This document shows, piece after piece, positions 24,681 to 41,450 of a stretch of 64,000 bases of DNA (position 1 is the first letter of the stretch; each line of letters opens with the position of its first letter). The position numbers and the translations under genes are program-made. This DNA comes from the human T2T-CHM13v2.0 reference genome, Homo sapiens. The stretch lies in NCBI RefSeq assembly GCF_009914755.1, contig NC_060928.1; one strand, given 5' to 3'. A model generated the notes under the pieces. That model ran no database searches. It was not told the origin of the DNA and was given only the letters and a program-made list of their open reading frames with translations.

Positions 24681-27600
24681 TCTGTGTTAATTTCTATTTC
24701 CCGTTGCTGTCACGTCACCTAAATATTCAACCATGAATCTTGAAGTCCCGGGGGTGGAAGGGAAATGTTCTACACGGGAAGGATATGTACATCCCTTCTG
24801 GCTCAAGGCATTGTGGGGATGAGGAAGAAGATTCAAGCAGAGAAGGAAAGTAGACTTCAATTATTGATCACCATCTCCCACCCTATTCTCATATCTTTTG
24901 AGCTTACATTTTGGGAAGCTGATTTTAAAAACATCCAAGAGTTATGGAGTAGACTCTCTAGAGAGTGGCTTGCCTCACTATATACTCATAGGGGGCTAGT
25001 AATGACAATATTCTAGAAGACATATATGTGGTATCCATCATGGTACTGGAGTGATGGCTTAGAGGTGTCATTTGATGCTGAGATAGACTCTCAGGAAGTG
25101 CCCCTGGTCCCACCAGTCTCTGTATGTCAAGCAAGGGACCCAGAGGTGCCAGTGTGCCTATTGAGAGGGCAGAGTGGTGCTTGAATCTAGGTGAAGTGAC
25201 CATGGCGGGCAAGGATGTAGAAACCAGTGGCAAATGGCCAGAATTGAGGACTCCAGTGAAGGGTGCCAGCATGTCAAGCTTAAATTGCTAAAGGGGACTC
25301 AATCATAGTGAGAAGTCACCCGTCCTGGGAATCAATAGCCCAGCTACTCCGCAGTGAAGACAAGAGGATCCTGAGAGGTCAGGTCAATCTGAGGACCCCA
25401 GCCTCTCCAGTGCTCTATGATCATAGGAAATGGAGATGGTAGAGAGCACAGAAAGGAAAATGGCCTGTGAGGATCAGAGGATTTGCAGGTTAAATAAGGG
25501 GCTTGCAATCTCTTCTTATACTGTAACATGAGCAAATTTCTGGCCTAACTCCAGGTGTTGCCTATCTGTATATTTCTAAAAACTGAAGCATTCTCCTGGA
25601 AAGTGAATCACTGAGGGTGTGGAGTCCGGGATAGACCCTTTAGGATTATGTTCTCACTTCTTTTCTCATCTATCCCTTCTTTTTTACATATCTCTTGTTC
25701 AAGAAGCAAAGACCTTTCCATTCTGTTTGCCGTATCTTCTTGTGCTATGGCCATAAGCCTCTTGGATTCGTTCTCTTTTCAGAGGGGAGATTCTCTCCAA
25801 AGTCTATTAAATAAACACTTTTTCTACATCCTCCAGGTATACCTCTCTAACTGGGAGCTGTGGTATGACATGGAAGTAGAAACCTCTGAGGATGAAAATT
25901 ATTTGCTATTCTATCTTCTAAATATTCTCTAGTAGAAAGTCTTAAATAGCTCACGCAACTGATAAGAAAATTCAGAAAAGACTGAATAAGAAATTCACAA
26001 CAGAAAAAAATAAACATATTAAATAACATTTAAGTTCACAAGTAATCAAGGATACATATTTAAAAACACAAAGCCTTATTAAATTGGCAATTAAAAGAGT
26101 TCCCAATGTTGGAGAGAGTGCTCTAAAAGAGGATTTTTTTTTTTATCATGCTGCTGGTAATGTAAATTTTGCTTTAAGCTTTCATAAAGTAATTTGGCTA
26201 TATGTTTTTGTATTCTTCAGATGATCTTCTTAGATCATGTGCTTCTTATGATTAGAAAAGACAATAAATAATGGCTTTAAACAAAGCTAAGTATCTCTCC
26301 TTGGCATTCATCACTGCTGACTGTAGTAGCCTATGTGGCGTTGGTGAGACGTCCACCTGGCATATCCTATAGCGCTTATCTACATTCACCAGACATGTAT
26401 ATCAGTAACTGTTGGCAGGCAGCCAAAGTGACAGGGATGTTGTGCTAGGAGTTTTAAGTAGCTTTAATTTTCTGTTTCAACTGAAATTCTATGTAGACTT
26501 TTTCAAACGTATGTAATTATTCAAACATAAATCAAAGCACTAAATTAAAATACAAATAGTAAAATTATTTTTCAAAGAAAAGTTAGCACATGAATGGTTA
26601 AATCCTTTTCTTAAGAGATATAGCAATGTGTTGCACATATACAAGTTCATGAAGCAAATTTAGTACAAGAACCTAATAATAACAGTGACATAAAACTGTA
26701 TCAAAATGAAGATGAAATCCCAGATTAAGGTGGCAAATGTTCAGCTGAATCACTGTCTCCTCTGACAGGTGACTTCCTAGGGACTGCATTAACACTCAGA
26801 AAAGCAAGCAACTGTCCCTTCAATTCCATGGTGGTGTTTTCACTAGGAAATTGGTACAAAGTTACCATCATACACACAAAGAATAAAGGATTCAGAAAGA
26901 CTGAAAGCCAGAAAAAGTAGTATCTTCCTACCTTTTAACTTTTCCTGGAAAAATTACATATATAATCCTTAACCCTAACCCTACTTTAGTTCTATATATA
27001 TAGAGAGAAACATATATGTATATATATATTTTTTTTCCTTGGCTCTTTTAAAAAGGTGATAGAAGGAGCCCTAAAAAAAGAAGTGTATGTTTATCTGCTT
27101 TGTAAAATGTGATTAAGAGAACTATTTTCCAAAGCTGGATTCCTCTAAGCTAAATGAAAAACTATTCTTTCCTCTCAGTTCTATGTTTTTCTAAAACACA
27201 TTAAAATCTTTGGTTCTGTAGTGTAGGATTTTACTGAAGTAGAGTGAGACTGGAAAAAAATATTGTTTTCCAACTTAAGAAATATTCACAGTGAATCCTT
27301 TAGGCACAGGAGTAGCAGTGCAGAATATCAGAGATCATGTCAACACCTTTATTTCACAGGTGAGAGCTCAGAGGCTCTGAAAGCACAAGACAGTCTTTGG
27401 AGGTCATGCTGTTAGTCTGTGCCAAGACAAGATCTTGCTCCTCTGACTGTAGCTCATTCAATTGCATCATCAGTCTGGTGATATTTACTATGTAGCAAGG
27501 ACAATGTCTTTCCCTCAATTTTCCAGATCACCAAGCAATGATGTGCCTGTTACACATGACATTAAATTTAAGATGGGTCTAATGAAGGGGAAGTTTAAAG

Positions 27601-28283
27601 TGCATGGATAGTGTTTCAGGCCCATATACTCCTCTCCCGGTGTCTCCATTTCTCTTTCCTGTCTAAGGCCAATGAATTGCCACAGTATCTATTACTTGAA
27701 GAATCTGATGCCATTTGCTACTTTATAACTTACATAAGCTTCTTGTGTAATTTTATGGAATGAGATTTTGGATGATAAAACATTTCAAATGAATGCAAAC
27801 CTTTGTGACGTTTTCTCAGCACATATCACTTAATATCTATTATCGTATGAGATAATACATGTAAAAGGGCTTAATTCAGACAATACATGTAAAGAGCTTA
27901 ACTCAGTGCCTGGAGAACAGATATAAATCCAGCTGATCCCATGTCAATGATTTTACTTTATAACTCTGATTCTTCTCCTAGTAGTCATGGCCTTGAGACT
28001 CTTCCATATATTATAACCCAGGCCAGGAGTTCTTTTAAAACTTCAGGAGAGCGGGGAGATTGGTTTATTTTACTACTGATACATCCCAAACACGTAGAAC
28101 AGTATCAGGCACAGAATAGACTCAAAGACATAATTCCCAATGAATACATGGATGAGTGTAAGTAGGGGAATGATACAGTAATGTAAGTTGTGAGCCCTGC
28201 TCTGAGGCTTGAAGCCCAAGCTCACAGCAAAAGCTGCTGCCCAGATTGACAGAGATGGAACTTATTACATAGATGGAACTTAC

Positions 28284-28424
28284 TACAACAAGGCTGATCA
28301 AGAAACAGCTTGTGAGGAATGTTTTCTTTTACAATGTTAGGGTAATGCGGGAAGATGATAAGTATCAGTAAGGATTTCTATGACATTGCTTCCATTACAG
28401 GAATTCTTTAATTCCTCCTCCAAT
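28284..28424 (-). pseudogene. GREB1-like exon remnant (141 nt, phase 1-1)
   Basis: tcttccag| ... |GTAAGT. EAMS*KSLLILIIFPHYPNIVKENIPHKLFLDQ ~ QPISEEMQLLLTVYYLVQLAADQVPLMEDLEQ. Confidence 0.65.
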
Positions 28425-28615
28425 CTGGAAGACTTGTTGTATATTTTGGGCTGAAGGTTTTTTGTTTTGTTCTGTTTTTTTGTTTTTATTTCATGGATAC
28501 TATTTCAAAAACTGAATAACAGTGTCTTAAACCCAGTGACAGACACATTTGTTATGGGTATCTTAACTTGAAACTCCCACAGACCTCGGACAATTTTTCT
28601 ATTAGCCAGCATTCT

Positions 28616-28646
<31 letters not shown>

Positions 28647-28803
28647 CTTTACATTTAGAGGAAGTATTTAAGGAATGGAGATACTGTCTTTTTAAAATTG
28701 TATTTAATTTAACAATGTGAATCAGATTATTTAAAAATAAACTTTAGTAAGTAATAGTTCCAGATCTTTACCTTAAGGTGATTTAAAAAGTAATAACTAG
28801 ATT

Positions 28804-29752
<949 letters not shown>

Positions 29753-29756
29753 TTAA

Positions 29757-30164
<408 letters not shown>

Positions 30165-30224
30165 CTACTTTTGGTGAGCACGTGATCTATGTTATGGATT
30201 TTAATAAAAGATAATGTTGTATTC

Positions 30225-30498
30225 AGCAATGCTGCCCAGGAAAATATAATGTGAGCTGCAAATGCCATTATGTCATTTTAAATTTTCTACTAGACACATT
30301 AAGACAAGATGAAATTAATTTTCATAATATATTTTATTTAACCCAAATATTATTTCAGCATGTAATTAATGTAACAACAATTAATGAGATATTTTACTTT
30401 TTTTGTACTAAGTCTTCAAAATCTCAGTTTGAACAAGCCACATTTCAACTGCTCAAAAGCCACATGTGGCTGGTGCCTGTCATTATAAACAGCACAGT
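30225..30498. mobile_element. MER33/MER3-type hAT element
   Basis: aatataatgtgagc...aagccacatttcaactgctcaaaagccacatgtggc...cagcacag. Confidence 0.75.
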
Positions 30499-30965
30499 TC
30501 AGGAGGTTAAACAGTTTTGGAATCAGACAGTTCTGAATGTAAATCCTTGTTCAACATTTACTAACTATGAGACACTGAAGAAATTTAAACATTCCAAGTA
30601 CTAGTTTTAGCAACTAGGAAATAGGGATAATTTATAAATTGAACATTTTAGAAATAATATATATGAACCATTTACTACCATGTTAGGAACTCAGGAACTA
30701 TTACTTCCTGAGTAAACTAAGGTTTCAGTGTTCAAAACATAATTTCTATTAAAGGTAGCTGCTATTAGCAACATCAGTGTAAACCTTTGAAACGTCAGAA
30801 AAATTCTGTTAGTTTAATGTTCTTCACTGAGTAACCAATATTACCTTGACATGTGGAAAGAAGCTCATGATTGTGGAACATCTGAAAGGTGACCTCTTTA
30901 GCACACAATAAGATAATATTTTTGTCACATAGTGTTAAATGTGCATTAATCATGAGGCAGCTCAC

Positions 30966-31288
30966 CTTCCTCATAAATCACACATGAAAAATGACAGGTG
31001 ATATTCTCATTTTAGTGGTATTATCTTTATTAAAAGCCACATAATGCCTTGGTAATAAGAAAATTTATTCTGGAATAAATTAAAACATTTCTATGCACTC
31101 TGAAAATTAATTTCCTTTTGTTTCAATTCATATTCATACCCCGATCATTCCAGTCTAGATGTATAAGCTTGACTTATTCTGGTCACCATTAAGAATATCC
31201 TCAAGGAGACCAATTTTGGTTCCTCTGGAAGAATAATATAAATTTAGATTTCTGGGAATGGTGTGAACAGACCCTGGAGAATAAGATG
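30966..31288 (-). pseudogene. GREB1-like exon remnant
   Basis: Donor AAG|GTGAGC. GLFTPFPEI*IYIILPEE ~ GREB1L LQPRPIPAGETVIVPEN; RISPVIF/SC ~ VVSPLLYTC. Frameshifted; acceptor uncertain. Confidence 0.55.
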
Positions 31289-31699
31289 CTGAAGGTTTAG
31301 TTTTACAACATAATAGAAAAAAGAAAACTTATTTTCTTGTCATACCTAAGTACCAGTTGCCTGGGCTACGTCACAGAATGGTAAAGCAGTCAATAAAATT
31401 AAATATTGTATGATACTTTTTATACTTTGCAAAGTGTTTTAATGCTAATAATCTCAATGAGAAAAAATATGGAGATACACATTAACTGAATTGTAGTAAA
31501 ACTTGCTTGTTTGGGCTGCAGTAGGCAGATAGATGAATAAACAGCGGAGAAGTTTCTATGAGCATGTAAAGGAAAATGACAGATTTTAGAAAGGTTTATG
31601 ATTGTTACGCAGTGATAATTCAGAGGAAAATAGGTTTTAAAAATGATTTTTGTCAGATTCAGCCAAAGGAAATTAAAAGTCAACAAACTGGGTATTAAA

Positions 31700-32570
31700 A
31701 TGGAGATCTCTTTGATATACTGATTTCCTTACACAATGGAGTACTACTCAACCATAAAAAAGAATGAGATTTGTCATTTGTAACAACATGGATGGAACTG
31801 GGGGTCATTATGCTTAGTGAAATAAGCCAGGTACAGAAAGATAAACATCATGTTTTCTCACTTATTTGTGGGATCTAAAAATCAAAACAACAGAGCTCAT
31901 GGAGATGGAGTAGAATTGTGGTTACCAGAGGCTGTTAAGAGTGGTGAAGGGGTGGGAGAAGTAGGGATGGGTTACTGAGTACAAAAAAAAAAATAGAAAG
32001 AATGAATAAGACCTAGTATTTGATAACACAACAGGGTGACTATAGTCGATAATATTTTATTATACATTTTATTATTATTATTATTATTTGAGACAGAGTC
32101 TCACTCTGTCATCCAGCCTGGAGTGCAGTGGCACGATCTTGGCTCACTGTAACCTCCACCTCCTGGGTTTAGGCAGTTCTCCCTGCCTCAGCCTCCTGAG
32201 TAGCTGGGATTACAGGGGCCTGCCAACATACCCAGGTAATTTTTGTATTTTTTAGTGGAGACAGGGTTTCACCATATTGGCCAGGCTGACCTTGAACTCC
32301 TGACCTCAGGTGATCTGCCCGCCTCGGCCTCCTAAAGTACTGGGATTACAGGCGTGAGCCACTGCACCCAACCAATTTTATTATACATTTAAAAATAACT
32401 GAAATAGTATAATTGGATTGTTTGTAACATAAATGATAAATGCTTGAGGGGATGGATACCCTATTTTACATGGTGTGATTATTACAGATATTACAGACCT
32501 TGAATATCTGTATCAAAGCATCTCATACACCCCATAAATGTACCCACAAAAATTAAAATAAAACTTTTAA
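31700..32570 (+). mobile_element. L1MA 3' end with nested Alu
   Basis: acacaatggagtactactcaaccataaaaaagaatgagat...gtacccacaaaaattaaaataaaa. Confidence 0.85.
32070..32373 (-). mobile_element. AluS
   Basis: TSD attttattatacattt. Confidence 0.95.
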
Positions 32571-33194
32571 AGGGAGACATACATTTTGAATGCTGCACTG
32601 AAACTTAATCTTAGGAACTTTCTCTTTAACAGGATGAGAAATTATTATAGAGTCAGAGAATTAGTTCAAACCCTGGACTTCAAATCCCATCTTACTTCAT
32701 AGATGAGGACTAGAGAAATTGAGTGACTTATCCATAAACAAAGTGATAGCTAGGGGCAGAGGGACTGGAATCCAAGTAATCATGTGATATTTAATCCAAG
32801 ACTTCTTTTATGGCAGAAAGTTACTTCTAAGGAAACTGATCCACAGGCTGGGGAGGGATATAGATGAATATAGCAAGTGGAATATTTCCTGACATTTTAT
32901 TCCCTTTGGCTGAATGTGTTCACACATGATGAAGTAAAGAAAATAATTAAATTATATGTTATTATGTACTAGAGAGCTCCAAAGTGAGCCATAAAAATGA
33001 TGGATATTTTGGTGGGGAAGATGTGTGATTTATTCAAATAATTATTTAAATTCTGTGCTTTATTTTGACTAGAGAATGCATTGTAATATTTTCAGTTTGA
33101 CTGTCATTTTTAATTGTTTTGTTATTCATGGATCATGGGCAGAGGAAGAAAAGTTGTCACTACTGAAGCATTTCTAGGGATTTCTTCTGGGCAA

Positions 33195-33530
33195 TTAAGC
33201 AACCACTTCCCCCTCATGAATTGCTGCAGAGTCACAATGCCTAGGAAATTGATCAGATGAACGCTGGTTAAGAAAATAACCAGCTGGCATTTTGAATGTC
33301 GGATAGGGAATATGACTCTCTATTATTACTACTTCATTTTGGGGATTCGCAGATATATGAGTGCCTTGTAAAAGGAATTTCAGAAGTGAGTTTTCACACC
33401 TTGCCTTGAGATGAAGGATTCTTCTTGGTTCTACTCCAGGGACCTTGATGTTCCTGTTGCCCCACTCCCTGTGGTCCCACTGTGCTTCCTGTACCCAGGA
33501 ATCAGCCCAAGGTACAGGGAGTTTATTTTT
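33195..33530 (-). pseudogene. Candidate exon, 111 stop-free codons in phase with the 33867 donor; 3' end not determined
   Basis: Acceptor tcatttacttcag|. Reads KNKLPVPWADSWVQEAQW...HEGEVVA*. Confidence 0.45.
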
Positions 33531-33866
33531 CTGAAGTAAATGACAAGTGAATGTAGAAAAGTTTCAGTAGAGTAATTTTGAAACAAAAGTAAAAATGCAT
33601 ATATGCCCAAAAGTACAAAAAAAGAAAAGCTGTAGAGAAAACTGTTATTTAATTCTCAAAACTGATAGAAAGCAATGAAAGATTTTGGTGGTAACTTTTG
33701 ATTCTGCTGATAGCACAATCAAGGAAGATATTGGTAATTGAAGTGATATAAATGTCTATAAGACAAGCAGCATTGTTCATCTTCAGCAGAACAAGTAATG
33801 AAATGGAAATGTTTTGGGGTTCATAAGAAATTACTTCATAATTTTCCTAAGAGAAACAGCACTCAC

Positions 33867-34156
33867 CAAATGTTCTTTTCTTGTGAATAAGGCATTGCCG
33901 CTATCAGCAACCATTTCTTTTATTATTCTTGAGAATATTTCTGATCCTATATTCTCTGTTATATACTTCATCTTCAACAATGTTTTTAAAATCCCTTCTA
34001 AACTCTCCTTTTGATTAGTAGAGTTAGTTTTGGTCAAAATTAAATCTAATTTGTCAACATCTCTTTGTGGCAATCTTTTGCCTTATTAAACTTCAAGACT
34101 GGGTTACTAAGTCTTCTTGTTGATTTAGCCCTTCCCGGGATTCTGAGACTTCTTGC
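33867..34156 (-). pseudogene. Candidate exon (no recognisable GREB1 motif; linker or insert region)
   Basis: Strong acceptor atttcctttttctttgcag| and donor TTG|GTGAGT. Last 72 codons are stop-free. Confidence 0.55.
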
Positions 34157-34200
34157 CTGCAAAGAAAAAGGAAATACTAGAATATCAGTCAAGAGCTCTT

Positions 34201-34562
34201 TGTCCTACTGCATTTGGGCTGCAGTAACAAAATTCTGTAGAGTGGGTAATTTATTTAAAAAATGGAATTTATTACTTAGAGTTCTAGAGGCTAGAAAGTC
34301 TAAAATCAAAGTGCTGGAAGATTTGGTGTCTGATAAGGACCCACTTTCTGTTTCTTAGATAGCACCTTGTTGCTGCATCCCCACATGTGAAGGGACAAAG
34401 AAGCTCCCTTCAACTTCTTTTATAAGAGCAGAAATTCCATCCATAAGGGTGAAACTCTTATGATTTAATCACTTCCAAAAGGTCCCACCTCTTAATACCA
34501 TCAAATTGAGTATTAGGTTCCAACATGAATTTTGGAATGATACCAACATTCAGACCATAGCA
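34201..34562 (-). mobile_element. MLT1A-type LTR
   Basis: tgtcc...tttgggctgcagtaacaaaat...aacattcagaccatagca. Confidence 0.8.
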
Positions 34563-36111
34563 TTCATTAAAGTCATTACCAAGCCTGTCTCATTATTTTC
34601 CCAATTCTAGTTACTGAGTGTGTCAAAGACTGGCTAACTGCTTGTCAAATGCATTTTCTTCTTTGAGAGAACACACCTAGACCACAGCTCCCATTATCCA
34701 TGGCATGGCCAAGTTTCATTTCCCAGTTAGTTTCAGCCATACCACTTAGATCTGGTCAGTGGAGTGTGATTGAAGAGATGGGTGTGTCACTTTCATCCCT
34801 GGCCCATGAAAATCTCTTTCTTGTGACTCCTTCATTTAATTTCCCCTCTCTTGGCTGCTGTGTGCAGATGGGCATGACAACCTTGAAACCCCCATGATAA
34901 ACCTGACACTATTTTAAGATGTAAAGACTGCGGTTTCGTAATTACTGCTTGAAGGTGAGACATTCATCAATCAGAAACACTCATTTTCAACCTGAGTGAA
35001 AAATAAAGTTTTTTTAAAAAAATAAAAAACCACTAATATTTGGTACTTTATCTATTACAGTGGCTATCATTACTTTATATAATACTGTGAAATACACACT
35101 CCTGCAATACATTCCAATCCTAGTAACTTAGTCCCTGCCCTGTTTCTGTTTACTGGACCTACATTTCAATTGCTCTGTAGGGCTCTGCCTTTCCTCTTAG
35201 TCCTTCCAGAAATTAAGCTTTGCTCTGAAAACCTATTCACATGCCAATGTATTGGATAGACCTTCTGGTGTTAGGACCAGGCAAGAACTAGGTGCTCTCT
35301 TCTTCCTCAAACACAGGCTTCAGCTAGTCTTTAGAGAACTGCTGTACACTCTGCCCTCCAGATAGCTTTTTCCATGTTCTTGACTCTAGAGTCAGTATGC
35401 CCAGCTTTGGTTATGGCCATGTAAGCATTTTACATTTTTAAGGTTTTCCTGCTGTAGGAGAAATAGATTCTATGTTGTGCTTTAAAATTAGACTGGCAAA
35501 ATTATTTATTTTAACTAAAAAAAATAAGATATACAAGGAAGAAAGTCAACATGAAAATAAAAACCTACATCTTTTTAAGATGATGAGTACATTGTGATAC
35601 GTTTAATGAAATAATCACCATTTGATTATCCTGGATAAGCTTCATGGTACAGGGGAACAGAAAAGAACTTGTGGGCAGGTTTGCTTCCAAAAGGAACAAA
35701 GATAAGTTTGTTTTTCCCAAATTACTTGTCTGGTAAGTCACTAACCTCAGCCAGGGTGGAGTCAGTAAAAAGGCAAAGAGAAACCAGCAGTTACACTAAT
35801 CCACTCCGTCCACATGGCAGGACATACTAGGAGGGCAGAAAAAGAGTTTCCCTCTGACAGAAAAAGTTTTGAAAAATTGGTTATGAATGAGCATAGATAT
35901 CACTGAAACTTTTGAGATGAAAATATGTAAATATTTTCTAATGGTCTCCATTTTATTTTTAATCAGATAAAGCCTAATTCAATGCTTTACACTCTCAAAC
36001 TAACTTGTGACCATTTCCTCACTTAAGTTTTCTCATTAAATGCCTTTGAAACTTGTGCCTGTGGTTTCATTTATAATTTTGTCCAGTGGAAACCCCAATA
36101 TCTGGGGCTTA

Positions 36112-37245
<1,134 letters not shown>

Positions 37246-38152
37246 GATGTTTATTTATTCATTGCTAATTACTACATGCAAGCAGAGTATAACAAATGTC
37301 AATAATAAGCTATAAACTTCTGAATATTCTAAAGTTCTTACCATCTGAGATCAGTTTTATAACTCCCTTATGCTTAATCTTCATTACATAAACACAACTT
37401 CAAAAAGTTCAAGGGAGTAGAGAAAATGGAAGAATTCAAGGGTCCATTTAGGTTAGAACACAGAATCAGTGAATCCACCTTAGTGTTGCTATAATGAGTT
37501 GAAGATAAGAAAGAAAGAACAATTTTGATTGGAAAATGGGATTTTCCTAAGGCTAATAAGAATGTAAAATATATGTGGTCATTAGAAATGCAGGAGTAGA
37601 GATGCTTTACTAGGACCACTTAAGAATTGATACTTGTTGTATAGTTAGTTAATCCTTATATTGTAAGCTAAAAACATTACACAAAAATAAGAATTTTGTG
37701 TCATCAACCATTGATCTGAATACAAGTTATACATTACCCAACAATAAATACACAGAGTCTTGATGGAGGGAGAAAGATAATGATAAGAGTTATTGCAATG
37801 ATATCTATAGCCTATGAAGATGGAATCAGGACAAGTTCCATATGCCCATAATTAGTATGCATTTAAATGGAAGATGCTTTCTTCATTTTCAAACCCTTAA
37901 TATGACAATTTTGCCCTTGATTTTCATCAGCATCACAGATTTGATCAGCTCTTTATGTTAACAATCAAATCTCTTCCAAGGTGTAGGTTTGTTTAACACA
38001 CTGTAGGTTTATTTAACTTCCCATAGCTGTATTTTACTCAACAATATAGTTATATTTCATCACAAAAATGACGCTCTGATAGTTCTCTGACTCTTTTATG
38101 GCCAACAGGAAATGTAACATTACTGAAAGGGTTTATAGTTAGAAAAAAATAG

Positions 38153-38470
<318 letters not shown>

Positions 38471-38900
38471 AACTATTTTCAGCTTGAGTATCACTTTTAC
38501 TGCTCCTGGGCCAAACATAAAAACTGATCAGTGAAGGGTCCGTCAACAGTATTTAAAAAAGAAAAAATACTGAACTGTGATGGCTGTGTAGCTCTGAGAT
38601 TCAGTCATTATTCAGGATAACCTTCTAGATGTTCAGACCACCACAGATAATATGGTGATACATCTTAAAAGTGGCGAGATGGCCAGAGCAAACTACTGCC
38701 ACGTGTTAAAGCCAGGGAATAGTAAGCTCGGTCTTTGGGCAATGAATCCTGGAGAAGACACAGAGTTATTGTGGAAAAAATCGGCAAATTTTGGAGTGCA
38801 TTAAACATTTTCTGTGTGCTAAATAATTAGAATGAGACACGTGTGCGTTTGCTTTCAAAAGAATGCGTATCTTAGATTAATCAATACATTTGTACTTTTT

Positions 38901-39174
38901 TTTCTTTTTTTTTCTTTTTTTTTTGAGACGGAGTCTCGCTCTGTTGCCCAGGCTGGAGTGCAGTGGCGCCATCTTGGCTCACTGCAACCTCTGCCTCCTG
39001 AGTAGCTGGGACTACAGGTGCCCGCCACCACGCCCAGCTAATTTTTTGTATTTTTGTAGAGACGGGGTTTCACTGTGTTAGCCAGGATGGTCTCCATCTC
39101 CTGACCTCGTGATCCACCCGCCTCGGCCTCCCAAAGTGCTGGGATTACAGGCGTAAGCCACCACCCGCCCGGCC
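38901..39174 (-). mobile_element. AluSc-like with ~30-nt internal deletion between gcctcc repeats
   Basis: TSD acatttgtacttttt; junction ctgcctcctg|agtagctggg. Confidence 0.9.
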
Positions 39175-40724
39175 ACATTTGTACTTTTTTACAGCTATTA
39201 CAACTTATAATACATTTTGACATTATGCTTTTCTACAATCAAGCAATTCTACAATCCAGCTGCTACACATGAGACTCTGCAACTGTTTCATGTGAAAAAG
39301 GAAAATGGAGTCTCCATTCTCAAAGGTAATTATTTTTTTTCCTAACTTTTAGCATGCTGTTCATCACTAATTCTTTCACATGCATTGAACAGGTTAACAC
39401 TCGATATAACAAAAGCATATTTTTCTCGGGAGGTGGTGGCTTAGAAAGCACCATTAAATTGGGTATGAAAGCCCTAATGTGAAAAAGAAATTCCCTTTAT
39501 AATTCCAGGCCAACTGTGAACCAACCTGTGTGATTTTGCTTGAGTCTGCAGGAAGTAGGTGTGTCTGTTTAGGACAACCTCCAGCTAGAGAAAAACTGCA
39601 TTAAAGCCCTCCAAAGATCCTCAAGTGGTGATTCTCCATCCTGGCTGCATGTTTGAATCACCTTAGGAGTGTTTAAACCACTGGATGCTCTGGCTGCACG
39701 CTAGGTGAATTAAATCAAAAGCTCGGGGTAGATTCAGAATTCATAATCCTTATAACTTCCAGGTGATTTCAATGTGTTCCCAAGGCTGATGTTGGCATTT
39801 CTGAGGGCCTTACAGAAATTGGGATGGCACATTACATTACATTGTGCAGGTGCCTGATATGGCTCTCAAACCGAAAACAAGTTAAAAAAATGTCACATCT
39901 GTAGCCAGTTACTCAGTTATCTAGTCTCTCAGGGGACATGCTAACAGCATTTATTGATTTGGCAAGATAAATTGTTATGGCCCCTGGGGAAATATTAAGC
40001 ACATCTCAGCCTCACTATATTTCCATAATCATTTTGCCTAGGCTTAATTTCAAACATATTTCCCTTATTTTACCCTAAATCAGCCTGGTCTAAATCTGCT
40101 TTTGCATGGAATATGGTCTTATTTTTAGGCTTTTTATAACAACCTTATTGAACTATTGCATGAGCACTGTGTGCAATTACCTCATTGCATCTATCTGGGT
40201 GTGTTGTTTTTCTCCCTTATTTTTTGCAATTATTTCAATGGAGTATAATTCAATTACCTGGAAACAGGTTTTTTTCAAGTAGAATCTTAATATCAATAAG
40301 TATTTAAGTTCTCACTGTATGCCAGGCATGTTGTTATGTGCACATGATAACAAACTTGAATTAACCCATGAGTGTTCCTCTCAATGGGGCCACACAGTCA
40401 TGAAAGTGACCAAAGAGTAAAATAAATAAGCCCCAAAATTCATTGAAATAAGTTGTCATTAGTCTTATAAAGACATTCTATGAAAAGAAAAGAGTAACAT
40501 GGATAGGAGACAGGACACAAGGGATGGTGACAACTGAACTTGGTCATTTCAACCCTGTAACTTTTTTCTGATTAATAAATATACATAAAAAAGTGGAAAT
40601 ATAGAAATATGTAAAGAAGATAAGTAAAATATCACTAGTAATCCCACAATCTAAACAAAGCAGACCTGCCCCATCCTGCCCCATATGTATGTATACGTAT
40701 ATCAAATATATGAATGTGTGTGCC

Positions 40725-41151
40725 GATCTAAGTAACCAGAGAGAGAATCTTTAAAAGAAAAGATATTTGTTTGGGAATAAAGATTGTAGTGGGAATATGC
40801 ATGCCATAGAAATCTAGATATGTATTCAGGGAGGTAAAGAAAGACAAAGCCTTTAAAAGAATGAAGAGGATTATATGGTTGTTTTGATATAATTAATTAT
40901 CAAAGATCAATAACAAGAGTGACCAGCCTGAGGTGGACAGCGAATTGCTGGGCAGATGTCCTTGCAGAAATATTTTTTTGTGCAAGGTTGTGATGGACTT
41001 TGTGTAAGTTGTGTGTTTGTAGTCTTTTGTGTTAGGCTTTGTTATCAGGCATACAAGCATAAAAACCCTCTTTTCATGGCCTTCCCAGGCATTATTGGTC
41101 TGATTTTTTTAAAAGCATTTGTGACACTATTTTGATTTTGACAATTTCACA
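40725..41151 (-). mobile_element. MER4-group ERV1 LTR within a (TA/TG)-rich tract
   Basis: Reverse complement begins tgtgaaattgtcaaaatcaaaatagtgtcac. Confidence 0.6.
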
Positions 41152-41450
41152 TATATGTGTGAGTGTATGTGCATATTTATTATATGCAGTATGTGAGATA
41201 CAGCATATATAAATGATATATACAAGTATACATATATTACACATTGATATACACATATGTGTATATATACTATGTTTAAACACATTTGTGTATATATATA
41301 ATATGCTCATTTATTTACATATGTACATTTATAACAATACATTATACATACACCATAGCAATACCTGAGAGGAACTAAATAATGATACCTCTCTTTCCTG
41401 CCCAGGGTCTTAATCAATGGAGAAATAAATAACAGAAACTGAACGCTATA

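Noticed and set aside
24690-25850. GC-richer block with 83-104 aa ORFs
   Set aside because: Looks like an ancient LTR-type repeat that I cannot name; no splice or homology support for coding.
26967-26983. ccttaaccctaacccta telomere-like motif
   Set aside because: Under three units; expected by chance.
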